A DNA stretch of 64,000 nucleotides, taken from Octopus sinensis (taxonomy: Eukaryota). The DNA lies in assembly GCF_006345805.1 (NCBI RefSeq), contig NC_042998.1, forward strand, positions 79,856,001 through 79,920,000, given 5' to 3'. The notes under the pieces are model-generated. The model was not told the DNA's origin and made no database searches. It saw only the letters and a list, made by a program, of their open reading frames with translations. The position numbers and the translations under genes are program-made. Positions 63,157 to 64,000 of this stretch are shown here, one piece after another. The first letter of the stretch is position 1. Each line of letters opens with the position of its first letter.

Positions 63157-64000
63157 GTTTGGACAATCCGTTTGACAAACTTCTCGTTTTTAGAAACCAT
63201 TAGATCACTCTTCTCTTTCCTGCTGTCTTTTTTTCTTTCTGTCTCTGTCCGCCAATATTGATTGCATCAGCGTGTATAACAACAATCATGATCACTACTA
63301 TATATATATATATGATCATGATCAAATTACTAAATAAACAGAAACAAAAATATATTCGACAAAATTGTCTATTCATTTAATCTTTGTATAAAATTGTAGA
63401 AGCTTTGCACTTAACTGAGATTTTAAAAGTATAATTGAAGGACTCGTCACGTCAGCTGGCATTTTAAATTTCACTAATTGTCAAATGACAGAACATTCAA
63501 ACAATGAGTTTACCTAATAATTTAACCAAGTAAATTTAGTTATTATATAAATAATGACTAGATTTACTTGTTGATAATTTATAAACTGTTTACTAGAATA
63601 ACAATTTTCGTTTTTACAAGTCATTGGGAAAATGGAAGTTAGTTCTGCTGGATGACTTAAGACTTCGTTATTAATACCTGCTTATTATTAGTACCATAGA
63701 AACGTGATTGTTTATTTATTTTTACTCATTGTTCTGTACTCAATAGTTTGAGTAAAGTGTTTGAAGTATTTTAGAACCGAGAGACCATTGTAGCACCTAT
63801 CATATTGACAATCAGATGACAGTGTATGAATATCTTGGGTGTAGTCTTTATTTGGGAAAGCAGGGGAAATTGAGAATTCTATCATACAAAAATGAACCCA
63901 CTTAACTGTATAATAACACACGGTAATATAGAATATATCTGTAGATTTTTAGCCAGTCCTATGAATAGAGAGATGTAAACACCTTACCTTATGTAAAATA

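Overview
AT-rich, repeat-dense eukaryotic DNA. The SINE, RTE, CR1 and microsatellite content points to an octopod cephalopod (inferred, not proven). One complete protein-coding gene is supported: cytoplasmic tyrosyl-tRNA synthetase (YARS1/TyrRS) on the + strand. It has 13 coding exons from 32490 to 55717 (1569 nt, 522 aa), all with GT-AG boundaries, and carries the catalytic, anticodon-binding and C-terminal EMAP II-like domains. A probable first exon of a second gene lies near 62.5 kb. The rest is transposon-derived: tRNA-derived SINEs, 5'-truncated RTE and CR1 LINEs, Penelope-like remnants with hammerhead-ribozyme-like cores, hAT and Merlin-like MITEs, Helitron-like elements, and an ORF1-only L1/Tx1-like element. 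The most notable observations are: (1) a 1414-bp spacer-less, near-perfect palindrome in the last YARS1 intron, one of several fold-back inversions of different ages; (2) a TyrRS that has the EMAP II domain but KQR in place of the ELR cytokine motif; (3) an ORF1-only (HAL1-like) retroelement; and (4) a tRNA-head SINE with a Penelope-like tail in an inverted arrangement. Nearly all ORFs in the supplied track come from microsatellites or repeats. Exon coordinates were counted by hand; repeat boundaries are approximate unless a TSD is given.
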